The position numbers and the translations under genes are program-made. Below the pieces are notes generated by a model. It saw nothing but the letters and a program-made list of their open reading frames with translations, was not told the DNA's origin and ran no database searches. This document shows positions 17,250-32,930 of a stretch of DNA of 64,000 nt, in pieces; position 1 is the stretch's first letter; each line of letters opens with the position of its first letter. Source of the stretch: Veleropilina oligotropha. Taxonomy: Eukaryota. Location of the stretch: contig JBEUKZ010000008.1 in NCBI GenBank assembly GCA_048128005.1, forward strand, positions 186,001-250,000, given 5' to 3'.

Positions 17250-19945
17250 TGAATTTCTTCGACAAAACAAAAATTCTGAATATCCGCCATTAGTAGAAAA
17301 TGATGTTTTATTCAGTTGTGCAAAAGACAAAGCTAATTTGTTTAACAAGTATTTTTGTGAACAAGCGACAGTAAATGATTCGACAACGACTTTACCGCCA
17401 ATTGGTCAATTAGCACCTGTTAATTTACAGAATATAAATATAACACCTTCCGAAGTTTCAGATATTCTGAAAAATCTTAACATTAATAAATCATGTGGTC
17501 CTGATGGACAATGCGTTAACATTTTAGCTGAACCACTCTCGATTATCTTTAACTTTTCGTTACAAACATGTGAATTTCCAAATAGATGGAAAGACGCAAA
17601 CGTGACCCCTGTACACAAAAGCGGCGACAAATCGAGTCCAAATAACTAGAGACCTATTTCACTGGTAAGCTGTATTGGTAAGGTCTTTGAACGGTGTGTT
17701 TTTAAACATGTCCACAATTTCATTATTACAAATAACATTATTACTCAATATCAATCAGGATTCACACAGAATGACTCGTCTGTTTTCCAGTTAATCGACA
17801 TATATAACACTTTTTGTAAAGCGATAGATGATGGAAAGGAAATTCGGGTGGTATTTTTTGATATTAGTAAAGCCTTTGACAGAGTCTGGCACAGGGGACT
17901 CTTACATAAGTTAAGAAATATTGGAATATCCGGTTTACTACTGAAGTGGTTTCATAGCTACTTAGAGGGGAGGTGCCAGAGAGTTGTTATAGATGGATGT
18001 TCATCGGATTGTTTATCAATCAAGTCCGGCGTACCCCAAGGGTCAATACTCGGACCCATTTTATTCTTGATTTATATTAATGACATTGTTGATAACATAG
18101 CATCAAACATAAAATTATTTGCTGACGATACGTCTATATACTTAATCGTGGAAGATCCCACTTTAGCAGCAAATATCATAAACGATGATCTGAAAGCAAT
18201 AAACGCATGGGCTCAACAATGGTTAGTCAAGTTTAACCCAACCAAAACTGAATCGCTACTGATTTCCAAAAAGGCGATACCGTCTGTTCATCCTCCACTA
18301 TACATGAACGACACTCTGATACAAAACACAAACAGCCACAATTTAGGGTTCGTACGGGTCATGGAAACCTGGAAAAGTCATGGAATTTGATATTTAAAAA
18401 TCCAGGCCTGGAAAACCTGGAAAAGCCTACTTATTTTACATGGTCATGGAAAAAGTCATGGAAAATGATATTTTAGAAGCAAAATAATCAAGACAGTAAA
18501 TAATTTATATTGTTGTTTTATCGTAACCTTTTATAAGTAATTGCATGTAACAGCATATTGAATTGGCCATTTCCTTCCTTTTTGGCTATTTCCATAAATT
18601 CCACACATATATTAAGACAAATTGTATACGAAAAGGGCATTTATCATAAATATAAGTCGATTGATGAAGTCTTAAAAGCTATGGAAATTTTGAAATAGTC
18701 ATGGAAAAGTCATTGAATAGTCATGGAATTTTGCAAGAGATCATGTGTACGAACCCTTCTGACTCAAACATTTGGGACTAAATTTCGACACTCATGGATC
18801 TTGGCATACGCACGTAACTGAAATCACGTGTAAAGCATGGAAAAGAGTTGATATTTTACGATTTTTAAAGTTTAAATTAGATAGAAAGTCATTAGAAATA
18901 ATGTACATTTCATTTATAAGGCCCATTTTAGAATACGCAGATATCGTTTGGGATAATTGCACTAATTATGAAAAGGAAAATGTAGAAAAAATTCAAACTG
19001 AGGCTGGTAGAATTGTTTGCGGAGCAACTAGATCAGCTTCGGCTGTAAGTATATTATCAGAAATGAAATGGGAAAGCTTGTCACTTCGACGCTACAAACA
19101 TCGTATGGTAATATTCTTCAAAATGTTTCATAACAAAGCTCCACCATACCTAAATATACTGGTTCCACCAAAAGTGCAACAATTCTTTGGTCAATCACTT
19201 AGAAATAGTAATAACATCTACCCACCTAATTGTAGATCAAATAAATATCAAAATTCCTTTTTGTCAGCATCGTCAAAGAATGGAACTTACTACCCATAAA
19301 CATAAGAGAAAATCCATCCATCTCGGCGTTCCAATATTTCCTGAATATCGACACCCCCAAGGTTAATAAATATTATTATTTCGGTGAGAGATTACCTCAA
19401 ATTTTGCATGCGAGATTAAGGCTAGGATGTAGCTCATTAAACTATCACTTACTCCAAAATCATGTATCTGAAATTGATGTATGTGCATGCGGTGAAACCT
19501 GTTGCCATTATTTATTGGAATCTATTAGATACTCCGACGTAAGGAGCATCACCATTGGTCTGTTGGATGCCAACCTAACGTCCAAAGTGTTGCTAGAGGG
19601 TAGTCCCTTGCTTTCAGATGACGAAAACTGGGAGATATTCCGCGCAGTTCATCAATTTATATTAGGTAGTAAGAGATTTAATTAGATTTGCATATTGTTT
19701 AAATAACACACATTGCAAATACTTTATCTTAATAACTCTTATATTTTATTATCATTAAATTAGAGCACAATAAGTTAGTTGCTAACATCCAACACACATA
19801 TACCAATTGTATATAGAACTATGTACGTTTCAGGGAGATGGCTTAATATAAGTTATTCTACTTGTTGCCAAATCCCTTACTCAATGTTTTTGCAAATTAT
19901 ATTGTATACATATATACTTATCGAAATAAATACTGTTTAAACCAA
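17250..19945 (+). mobile_element. 5'-truncated CR1/L2-group LINE (RT pseudogene)
   Basis: KSCGPD, N*RPISL, FFDISKAFDRVWH, GVPQGSILGP, FADD, KHLG, RPILEYA and C-terminal CACG...HYLL; AATAAA near 19925; several stops. Confidence 0.9.
18345..18757. mobile_element. MITE inserted in the LINE RT
   Basis: TIR AGGGTTCGTAC / GTACGAACCCT with subterminal GTCATGGAA repeats; splits the NSH/KHLG motif. Confidence 0.8.
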
Positions 19946-20349
19946 TTTGCCAGACGTGGATATCTACAATTAAATGGATAACGACGAAGATTAGTTCAAA
20001 ATTGTTATTCGAACTACATAGCTCTTTTCACCTTACTGTAGATAAGTAACACATAATTTAAGTGTCTGGCTTTGGATTTAGTAAAAATAATATTGGTTAA
20101 AGGCGAATACGGATATATCTCTCTATATAAAAGAGTAGAATCTGTCTGTCTGTCTGTCCGATATCTCCTCCGTAACCACTGGGCCGATCCTCACCAAAGT
20201 TTACATGTCAACTAAGGGTACACAGGGGATGGTCTTGGCCGGAATTTTTTTTTAAATTTTGAAGAAAAATAAAATCCAAATTGTCAATTAATATGAGGGG
20301 CGAAGCCCCTCCACTTGAGGCCGCAGGCCCCACGACGCTGAATTAGAGC

Positions 20350-21170
<821 letters not shown>

Positions 21171-21718
21171 TTAGAATGAAATAATAATGCCTAGCAACCG
21201 TCACTCTCCAGGCAGAGAAATTAAGAATACTCCGTACAGTACGATAAAGAAATGACGTCTCTGCGCAGGAGAATAATAGGAAGTCGAAGTAAACACCAAA
21301 ATTAGTTAAATAAGGATAATTGGATATTCATTTTACATGAAAATGTCAAAAGTGTAAACCGTTACGACTATAAAATGAAATTGATGCAAAATTTTCGAAA
21401 CGATGGACGATTCCAAGACTTAACATTTGCATTGATGTTTTGGCAGCCGACATGTTCACAATTATCTCCCTTGAGTTCGAGGGCGCTCCAAATCCCAATA
21501 GTACACACAACTACGTAAGGTATAAATAATTCATATACCCCGCCTGGGTGGGGAATAAGGTAATTGTCGAAGGAACGTTAACCAATCAGATTGCAGTATT
21601 AAGAGCTAAAGTAAGATAATAAATTTTTACCAACTTATAGAGATGAAAACGCAATAATATCATGTCGCATTATTTTTGACTTTCACAAATCGCAATAATT
21701 TCATGTCGCAATAATATC

Positions 21719-22163
<445 letters not shown>

Positions 22164-23179
22164 CGGTTAATGATTATCGCATTGCGGAATTATAATATTT
22201 CCAATAGTGCATCATGCAGTTGCTTTTAAAACAGGAATGTCTCTTTAATCCGCATAATCCTGTAGACAAACAGGTGGCACCGTCCATACATATATCTGCA
22301 GACCAGAGCTCGGCTTATTTTTTGTCTGGGGAATATCCAATTCCTGGAAATGATCCGTTCTGGCACTGTCTTGTAATCCCAAGGCGGAGTTCTCGTTATC
22401 ACGTGACCAATGTCTTTTGGACAGGTGGTGTGCATCTATCTACATGTATGCTCTCAGTAGGCAAAATGTAAGCTGATCATAGCGAGCACGTTGAATACTA
22501 AGGACGATATTCAATCTGCATCATTACATAAAACAGCAAATACAGTCATTCATTTAAAGAGGGTACACTGAATTTATGTTTTATTCCAACCCCTTTGCCA
22601 ATAGAACAGAAATCACGCTAACAAGCCTTTTTCGGTTCATTTTTTGTGACATCAAATATCATGATAATAAGTCGAGTAATGACACTATCAGAACCATACC
22701 AATAGACCATCTGGGTACCAGATAATTCCGTATATACATATAATAATGATTATTATGAGATATATCAAACTGAACCACCTGGGTCAATGTAGGCCTATAA
22801 TATAGGTTCTGGTGTTGGCGTTTAAGCACACTTTAAGTGCTATAACTTCGGATATCTATATGATAAGGGAAATGATATAACGGCAGCAGCCGGTAACGAG
22901 CACATCTGTATTTCGGGATCCAATGTGGACACATCATATAGTTGGGACTTGATTAGTTGATCGATTGTTGTAAAGAAAACATTAGTTTGATTGACTACGC
23001 AACAAAAGACTATTAACCACTATAATTGTCACTATTTGCAAGGCCACAACTATATTTTAAAGATCACAGAGCAAAACAAATGTCAGGAGTAAAGTTTTCC
23101 GGCCTTTAACGAAAATTGGTTCACTTTCATGTTATACGCTATTATACGGTGCTCATGATATAGATGACTTAATTATTAC

Positions 23180-23372
23180 GGGGCATCATGGTCGAATCGA
23201 TGCAGTGGTACTAACGGAAGGTCCTGGGTTTAATACCCTTGAGTGCCTGTTTTTTTCTAATGTTCGCTGTCTCCATTGCACACGTACAGCACCAATTAAT
23301 CTTATCATTCAAAGTTGATTGACCCCATTTATGACTGAAATAATGTTGGTGTGGTCGTTAAACATCAATTCT
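23180..23372 (+). mobile_element. tRNA-derived SINE, family C
   Basis: Shares the GGGGCA.CATGG.CGA head and CTCCATTGCACAC...TCATTCAAAGTTGATTGACCC...AAACATCAATTC body with 35178-35358. Confidence 0.7.
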
Positions 23373-24714
23373 ATCATCTTCTTTATTATTACCTAGTCCG
23401 TATACGAAACGTACATTAGGCCTATAGCATTATAGTATATTGGCGAATATTACCAAATTTGGCAAATAAATTTCATTTCATATCGTTCTGAATTCATCTA
23501 ATGCATGCATGTACGTATATCCTTATGCGGCTTGTCAATGTTGCATAAATCGTAATTTTGCAATGAATCCCTCACACGAAGTTCCTTTTATTTTGATTCA
23601 GAAGTGGGTCAGTATTATTACCGGTAGCAGAGTCTGCATTCACTTCACTCCATAACGAGGCTGGAATCACATAGCAACAAGAAAATGCACATTTCATGCC
23701 GACTATATCGGCGGTTTATATATAACTCCTATATGACGATATCCAGATGGTCTTGAGAACAGCCAAGCACCGCGACCACGCCTCGCTCCTGACAGTCGAA
23801 TAATTGCAGAAACTTGTCGCTATGACTCATGAATATCGGACGATGTGCACATTTAGTGATGATCTATAAATATACAATACATAATTATCATAGCACTAGT
23901 ATATATATGAACAAAGCAAAAGTTGCAAATAATGCAGCATATGCTAATTCGTTAAAATGATCGAGTGCATTTCATCTTTATCGTAAACAAGTCGTTGATT
24001 TCATACCAACAGCCATCATGAAATAAAACACGAAAGTGTCCTACTGAAGATAATGGGGTGGAACCATGTGGTCCCAGGTTGCATCACTTCGTTTCCTCGC
24101 CAGTTTTCTAGTTTACATTTACGGGCACATTATTGGAACTCAACGTCGATCCTACATCCGAATCTATGTTATTCACGACTCTATATAACAATTTGAGTAT
24201 GGACTGATCTGGATGAAACTTTCAGGATGTGTCTATAATATATAGAGCAAGAATTAGTGAATTTTAATTAAAATATCAATATCATGGTCACCGGAAAAGG
24301 CACATGTCATGATCAAAAGAAAATACTAGTACCCTAGCTACTACCGATAATGTTGTAAATTTGATTTTAATTCTTATAAAAAGGCACTCCCAACCCCAAT
24401 GATCAAATGATCGACCCGTTTGAAGTACGATTGAATTGCCAATATTTTGTTCAGTTTTGGGTAGGCCTTCAGACGCAGGACTAGATTCCCGTCTGAGTCG
24501 TGCATTTGAGTCGAGAGTAATCGTGTTGAATGTATCTGACGTCGCAGCTGTACGCTATTAGCAGAAAAAACATGCTAGATGAATATGACGACCAACCCTG
24601 TCGACAACGCTTGTGACAAGACAACAACAACCATATGGTCGATCGTTACGCCATTTGTTTCTCAGCGCGCAAAAATGTTTCTTAAAATAATGTAAACAGG
24701 GCGTGTGGTGTCCC

Positions 24715-24950
24715 GTGCCAACTCTGCAATCACTAGCTTGACTGCCCTGACTAATAACAGAGGCGCGTTCTAATCTCGGTTGCGACAATGACATTCTTTG
24801 TTCAGTTACCACTCACAGTTTTCCGTAACTGGCCGAAGAAGGCAGGTTTCCCCGAGCGACCGGGATTTCCTCCCGCGATAATATGAACATTTCCTGTTTA
24901 AACATGAAGGTTGTATATAATCAGGATATTAAGCATCGATCCAATCCAGT
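24715..24950 (+). mobile_element. Diverged SINE family A copy
   Basis: CCGTAACTGGCCGAAG...TTTCCTCCCGCGATAAT...GGATATTAAGCATC body. Confidence 0.7.
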
Positions 24951-25329
24951 CCAGGGAAGACCCCCTCTCTATAAATTACCGAGGCTAGAGATTTGGTAGT
25001 AATATCGTAATATTATATCGTACGTATAATATTGACGTCAAAATCCAGTATCAACATTTACATTGTACTGAATACCTGTAATCCCCGGAATATTTCGCTC
25101 AAACAATTTTATGATCTCGTGAATTAAGATGACTGTTCTTATTCCTTTCAATATCGAGTTCAACACTGATACAACATACATCAAATTAGCGATAGTGAAC
25201 TTAAAGGACAACTGTTACCTATCCACTGGGTGTCTTGTAACTTCTCCACCCAGCTCTATATATACTGCGGCAGCCTTAGCATCTCACCAGCTCTGCCATC
25301 CGGTATTAACACGTTCTTTTTCTACTTCT

Positions 25330-27190
25330 TTCGTCGTGTGTTTTTTTTATCAGCATCGCTTAGGGGCTCAAGTCAGCGCTGCATTGCAGTCATTGGATGG
25401 ATCCTTACGCAGTGTGTGGCCTATTAGCTTCCACCTTCTCATTCTTATAACATCACGCAACTGTTTCATTGATTCTCTTTTAAATAGTTCTTCTGTTGTA
25501 GCACTCTCCAGCCATATTATCTTTAGTACAGTATCTTCCACAAACATGTTGTTTGGAACACGTCTATCCGTTTGCTTTCGCCCTTCTTCATCTTCCAAGT
25601 CTCACTGCCGTACATAAGCACTGCTACTACAAGTGTCTTGAGGGTCAAATCTTAGTATTTCGACCGATGTCGTTAGAATTTCAGATTCGTTTCAGAAGAG
25701 CAATATCATCAGCGAAATCTAGGTCACCTAATTTGGTGGTAAACGTTCATCGTAGTCCCGTGTCACCAACTCTCACGGTTTTCCTCATAATCCAATTCAT
25801 AACAACTAAGAGAGAAAACCAGACATGGATCAGCTCTGTTTCACACCAGTACGTATATCAAACTATGCTGTTACTTCACCTTCATCAATTACTGCACAAC
25901 TGAATCCCTCGTAAGCATATTCACGGTATTCACAATCTTTTGAGACATTCCATAGCTAGCTAAAATGATCCATAAGCTTTTTTGGTGTATCGAGTCAAAT
26001 GCCTTTTCGAAGTCTATAAAATGGAGTTCCGTGAATGGTGTTGCATAAGATGAATAACTGTTCCGTTGTACTTCTTCCTGTCCTGTACCCGGCTTGTTCA
26101 TTCGTAAGTTGTTATCGACTCCTCGTTTAATTCTATTAATGAGTATTCTCCAAAGTATCTTATTCGTGACTGTAAGTAGTGTTATTTCTCTCCAATTTTT
26201 ACAATCAGTTATATTTCCTTCTTTCGGTAATTTCACAATCAGCCTCTTTTTTCCAGTCACTAAGTATGAACTTGTTCCTTTAGATCTTATCGATTAGTTC
26301 CTTTACTTTCCTTTTTAACATACGTATTGCATGTTTTATTTAATCTATGTCCTATATCTGGTTCCTCGCAGCTGACTTTATTCTATGTTCCTCCTTGACT
26401 GGTTCTTCGCTGTTCCGAAATGTGTTGTGCCCACCTCTCTCTTCTTTCGTCCTTTCTTGAGAAGTCGAGTGGTATCGATAATGGACTCCGAAAATCAGAA
26501 TTCATTCCGCTGACGCGAACAGTAGTGTGTTCAAACCGCGGCAGTGACAGCACACATTTGTTTAATTTATGAATCATCCTTGTCCGTAACTGGTCGGAGA
26601 GGGCGGATTTCCCCGGGCGACCGGGCTTTCCTCCCGCGATAATATGGACATGTCCTGCTTTGAACCAAATGATGGTTGGAAATATACAGGATATTAAGCA
26701 TCGCGATCATTTCTTTTCCTTTTGCATATTTATTTTCTTTCCGATCGTGTTCCAAGAATATTACTTTTCATTTCAGATCTGTCTTCCACCAACCCCCACA
26801 ATGCTTCACTGGTCCATGGCTTTCTTTTCCTCTTCCTCTTTCCAAGTACTTCATCTGCTGCTTCTGTAAATATTCTTCCCATATTCTTGAAGCCCGTCTC
26901 AAACTCTATATATCTATAATTTGTTCATTGTTTATATTTTCTTTTACTTCGAGCTCATATATTTTGTCTTGAACTCTTGAAGCTTAAGCTTGTCCGTATC
27001 ATACATTTGTCGCTTAATTGTAACATCATTTGATGCTTGCGTAGTTTCAGATTGTTGGTGGTGCGCACTAAATAGTGGTCGCTTTCAGTGTCTGCTGATT
27101 GTAGCACTCTTTTATGCTTAAATGAGTTTCTCAACTTCTTATTCATCAGCGTATGGTCGATCTGATTCTTATGTAATGTCAACTGCATGA
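25330..27190 (-). mobile_element. Decayed RTE-clade LINE with a SINE A fragment inserted (~26480-26706)
   Basis: Fragments NQIDH, SDHYLV, IVKLPKEG...NWREITLL, FIDFEKAFDS, DFADDIALL and RRWKLIGHTLR. Confidence 0.82.
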
Positions 27191-27744
27191 TGACAGCCAT
27201 GTCATTTTATAGATGTGTATCACGTTATAACGAAAGATCTTTCGGAATTCGAATGGAAATGTGATTTTTAGATATGACACGTACATTTTACAAACAAGCA
27301 GACCCATTACACTCGCGCCGCGTCAAGGGGCGAGGGTGCCGACATATGTGACAAGTCACAAGTGTCTTTAATTTAATGTTGACAATTTACTGAGGTTATT
27401 TTTCATAAAATATATATTTTAATTCAACCAAAGCAACATAAACAAATAAATCATGAATAGAGCGTGAAGAATATAATATTATTTAATATATACAGTGAGT
27501 GGCGCCATATGACTGAACGTTAATCGGGATGAAATGTACGAATGATATTCCGAAATATTCATGCTATCATTAGATGTTTCTATAACTTATAGAGAAAATA
27601 TTCCAATGAATATCTGTTTGATCGGGGTGAAATCGTAAAATGGGTCCAAGCTTTTGGATATGGTCGGAAAGGACCTGTATTCAATGATCTGCTTATTGCG
27701 TTGCTCTTTCCTATTTATATAAATCACGGCTGTCTTTATATGAT

Positions 27745-30003
27745 AAAGATCTGTCGTATCTTATATTTCCATGTCATTGTTCAATAAAGCAGCTATATTA
27801 ACGTAGCTTGAACCTCACGTCAGAATTGTATTGTCATGGACACCCAAGTTCAACATCATGCATGGCTTCCACCACAGTGTACGTGACACCACCTACCGCG
27901 GTAATATGATACAATTATTGCGTTAGCTGTGTTATTGATATGACCATGCATGGCAGATTATATATTATAACAAATTGGACGCCTGCAGTTCAATGAAGAT
28001 GCGGCATGTCTCACCCAGTATTTCGTGAACCACATCCTCTCTAATGTCGATTTAAGAGTCACGCTGAGTTCCGTAATACTGTATCTTTTTGTGTATCGTT
28101 TGTGGCTCTGAAATGACGATATATCAAATGCAATATTGGAAGACGGAGTAGATAATATGCCCTACATGATGTAGACATAATGTCATTGCAAACATGCACG
28201 CGAGCAGTCGAATAGACCACACAAAGAAGAAAAGTAGCAACAGAAGAAATAGCGCTTGACTTTATTAATTTGACCTCTTTATTACTGTCCTTACTGGGTT
28301 TTGGTTGTACTTGTCTTCTCTCTCGCAATTGCTGGCTATACCTATATCTATGCGCATCCTTCCATTTTGAAAATAATGAAATCTTCTTAGCTGAAGCTAA
28401 ACATGGAATTGGCTTGGCCATACACGACGAAGTCATTTCAAATGCTCTGTGTAGCATATGATTCTCTTAAAGTCGGCGTGGATCTGGTACTGCTTGGACC
28501 ACGATATTATCATTCGAAATTGCGACGAAAGCAAAGCACAATTATTAAGGATTGTCTATTTTCGTTCATTACCAATTAGACAAATGGGACCAAACGTGAA
28601 GTTCATCAGTTTTGAGCTAAAGGTAGATAGCCCCAGCCGAATAAGCAAATAAAATCCAAAGATCTCTACCACCGTCGGAACTCAAATCAAACAGTTATAG
28701 TCGTATTACCTCGGCTGCTGCCCACGAGCTGTTACCTCAGGCCATAGCTCTCGTCTGCGGCGGACTTCATGTCCACTTTATGAAACGAACCTATACTGTT
28801 CGTGTGTTACCCACGCTGCAACACTGAGCAATAAAATACAACATTGCAGGTAATGAACGAGGTCCTTGTCTTAACACATCTTAACACGATTTGGCACTGG
28901 AAACATCGCAGGGATTGGCCCTGTATACGACGCTTATGACAACAACAACCACAGTGTCGACTCTGAAGTCATTAGCTTGACTGCTCTGACTAAGAGGAGC
29001 GTGTTCGAGTCTCGGTTGGGGCAATGATATTCGTTGTTCAGTAATCAATCATAGTTTTCCGTAACTGACCGGAAATAGCGGGCTTCCTCGCGCGACTGAG
29101 CTTTTTCATAAAGATCTGTCGTATCTTATATCGGCTCGTCAATGTTAAATACACCGCGTTATACGACACCATTATTGCGTTAGCTGTGTTATTGATATGA
29201 CCATCATGATTGGCAGATTATCAATTATAACAAATTGGACGCCTCTAGTTCAATGTAGGTGCGGCATGTCTCACCCAGTATTTCGTGAACCGCATTCTCT
29301 CTAATGTGGAATTAAGAGTCACGCTGCGTTACATAATACTATATCTATTTGTATATCGTTCGTGGCACTGAAATGACGATACATCAAATGCACTATTGCA
29401 AGGCGAGGTAGATAATATGCCCTATATACATGATGTAGACATATTATTAATGTCATTGCAGAAATGAAACCGTGCAGTCTAATAGACCACACAAAGAACA
29501 AAAGTAACAACAAAAGAAATAGTGCTTGACTTGATTAATTTGATCTCTTTATTACTGTCCTTCCTGGGTTTTGGTTGGAATTGTCTTCTCTCGCGCGGTT
29601 GTTGGTTTTACCTGTGTCTATGCGCACCCTTCAATTTGAAAACATTGAAATCTTTTACACATGGAATTTGCTGTACATTCTCCTGAGGACGGTGAGGAGC
29701 CTGGTAATACTTGAACCACGATTCGATGCGTTGCTGATTCCGATCAGAGCAAAGCACAATTAGGGAGAGTCCAATTTCGTTTTAATATTACTCATAAAAC
29801 AAGAGACCAAACGTGAAGATCATATCCGTTTTGGATGAAATATAGGTGTTTAATAAGCAAATAAAGCCACAAGATCTCTACCACCGACGGAAGCAGCTTG
29901 TGGCGCAACACCCAACGCCAATAGTCCCGATTCAAGTTCCTCGCAGATGAGAGCTATCGCCTAAGCTGCTCGCGAGGTGGTACCTCCGACCACAGCTCTC
30001 GCC
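27745..30003. repeat. Older diverged tandem duplication (about 27745-28753 vs 29110-30003)
   Basis: Collinear shared blocks, e.g. AAAGATCTGTCGTATCTTATAT, ATTATTGCGTTAGCTGTGTTATTGATATGACC and AAGATCTCTACCACCG. Confidence 0.85.
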
Positions 30004-31095
30004 CTTTCCTCCCGCTTTCTTCTTCCGCGACAACACGGACATGTTCTGCTTTGAACCTGGTGGTTGTTAATATACATTTAAGCCATTAAGCATCGATCCA
30101 ATCCAATAGCATCCTATGTAATTACGCTCAATCTGTTCTTTAGGTCATTAGACAATGACAAGGTGTATTAATATATATAAAATGATCCACATTAAACAAG
30201 TTGACTGCAAATTGATGAAAATGGTCACATTTTAATTTCTACAATTCGAATTATATTGACAAATTTTAATGCATTTGGTATCCCTGCATGGAGCGATTGT
30301 ATTGAATCCTAGAAATCGACTGCCCGATGATGTGCAATGTTTAAAATTGGTATTTGTTCTATACTCTTTGTGTTATGTTTCTGACAATATCCAACCATAT
30401 TATGTCACATTTATCATAACTATTAATAATTTAACATGCTAATAAATTTTACAAGAGTTCTCTCCTGTAACCTAACTCGGTTTTGCCTATCCAGAGTCCA
30501 TAATTATACTAGTATGTTCGTTCGTCCTAAAACGCGAGGTGGTACCTCCGACCACAGCTCTCGCCCTTTCCTCCCGCGTTCTTCTTCCGCGACAACACGG
30601 ACATGTTCTGCTTTGAACCTGGTGGTTGTTAATATACATTTATACCATTAAGCATCGATCCAATCCAATAGCATCCTATGTAATTACGCTCAATCTGTTC
30701 TTTAGGTCATTAGACAATGACAAGGTGTATTAATATATATAAAATGATCCACATTAAACAAATTGGCTGCAAATTGATGAAAATGGTCACATTTTAATTT
30801 CTACAATTCGAATTATATTGACAAATTTTAATGCATTTGGTATCCCTGCATGGAGCGATTGAATTGAATCCTAGAAATCGACTGGCCGATGATGTGCAAT
30901 GTTTAAAATTGTCATTTGTTCTCTACTCTTTGTGTTATGTTTCTGACAAGATCCAACCATATTTTGTCACATTTATCATAACTATTAATAATTTAACATG
31001 CTAATAAATTTTACAAGAGTTCTCTCCTCTAACCTAACTCGGTTTTGCCTATCCAGAGTCCATAATTATACTAGTATGTTCGTTCGTCCTAAAAC
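29971..31095. repeat. Recent 562-bp tandem duplication
   Basis: Units start with CGCGAGGTGGTACC at 29971 and 30533 and are nearly identical. Confidence 0.95.
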
Positions 31096-31472
31096 GTCTC
31101 GTATGTGTACCTACTATATTATAGTACGCGTACATAGAATTTTAGCGATATATATATATAACTTTCCATTCGTGGCTTATCCTTTCGTCACGTTTTTACC
31201 GTATTATAGCACCAGGTGGTAGGCCCTATACTGTATTACATTTTGCCAAAAGGTCAGACGAAATTTCTCAACAGTTTCATTTACGGTGACACATTGCTAC
31301 TGTTTTTTATACATTGTGCCAAGCGTCAGAGATTAAATTACTAAATTTCTCAACAATTTCATTTACAATAGCACAATCAAGTGATACCAATTTGTCAATG
31401 TCGCGTAACAAACAGACAATCACTGTTCCCACATATATAGGCTATAATCCCGTCCTTTGCTTGACTATAAAA

Positions 31473-31748
31473 GGCCGCTCCGGCAGTCGTGTGGTTTGAT
31501 TGCAGACTATGAAATCACTAGCTTGATTCCGCTGACACGAACAGTAGTAGGTTCGAATCTCGGATGGAACATTAATTTAGTATTTGTTTAGTTATGAATC
31601 ACAGATGTCTGTTTCTGATCGAAGAAGGCGGGTTTCCTCTGGCGACTGTGTTTTCTCCCGGGATAATATGGATATGTTCTGGTTTGAACCCGATGGTTGT
31701 AAATTTATATACTGTACATTAAGCACATTAAGCATAGATCCAATCCAA
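31473..31748 (+). mobile_element. Diverged SINE family A copy
   Basis: GGCCGCTCCGGCAG head, GGTTCGAATC B box, shared body and (ATCCA)n tail. Confidence 0.75.
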
Positions 31749-32768
31749 TACTATCATAGCTATGGTATACATATAATGATCTAAGAGGAGACGGACGACA
31801 AAACCTTTCGCTGGTGCATCGAAAATAGAAACTTTCTTGGGTTTTTTTAACGGTGCTGGTTCTATATTTTGATCGACGGGTCGAAAACTGCAGCAGATTG
31901 CTTCGGTGTGCAGGCAAAGCAAAGCACCCAACGCAATAGTATTTATATATTTTTATGCACTAGGCGACATCGTAGTTCATTATTTCGAAATTTAGTTACG
32001 TAAAAATTCCCCATAACGTAATAATGACGTAAAAATATATGCAAGCTTATTTTAGTGTAAGATAATAGATATATTGCCAAAGAACTTTATCTTGCTTACT
32101 AAAAACTACTCTTTATTCGAAGTACAAAGAAGAAAGAACTAAATGTATTACAATGTACTTGCAAATAATAGAGATTACGTTTCAAGTAGCACTTAACCAG
32201 CAATTTAATTGCGCAATTGCATGCATACATTTCATCCTACATTGTGAACTGTTTCTATTGTCCCGCCCTTTGCATTATCAGATACTGTTTACCACGCCCA
32301 GTTTCATTCATCAAAGCGAATATACCTGTAAAGTGGTAGGGTAATTTTTCACGGTCGGGAATCCACACTTGATAACAATATAAGAAGCTCTTTTCAATTT
32401 TGCCACTTTGTGTTACAAAAGACTATACAAGAGTCTTAGACGAGAATTTATTTCCCATGATCGTTATCGACGAAATTCGATATATTATATTAGCGTATAG
32501 GGAAATGTATCAAGGATAAAACGAATATATAAACAAAAACCGTTAACAAAATTCGCGTTAATGCTGTTTTTGTTGTGAAATAAAATGTGTAAAGTGCATA
32601 TTAGCAACTGTATGCTACAATGATTAATTACACGAAGTCCAGTTTTCGAAATTACACGTAATTGCGTAACAATTAAGAGATGAAGTAATTTAAAGGGACC
32701 TATTCAAAGTAGCTAGGCTACGTGTGTGAAAAGTACGCATAGAAAAACAATAGACGTCATTCTGTTAA

Positions 32769-32930
32769 GGTTGACTTTATTATTATGGTTGACTTATTAT
32801 TATGGTTGACTTTATTATTATGGTTGACTTTATTATTATGGTTGACTTTATTATTATGGTTGACTTTATTATTATGGTTGACTTTATTATTATGGTTGAC
32901 TTTATTATTGTGGTTGACTTTATTATGGTT
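32769..32930. repeat. 18-bp minisatellite GGTTGACTTTATTATTAT, ~9 copies
   Basis: Direct tandem repeats. Confidence 0.95.
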
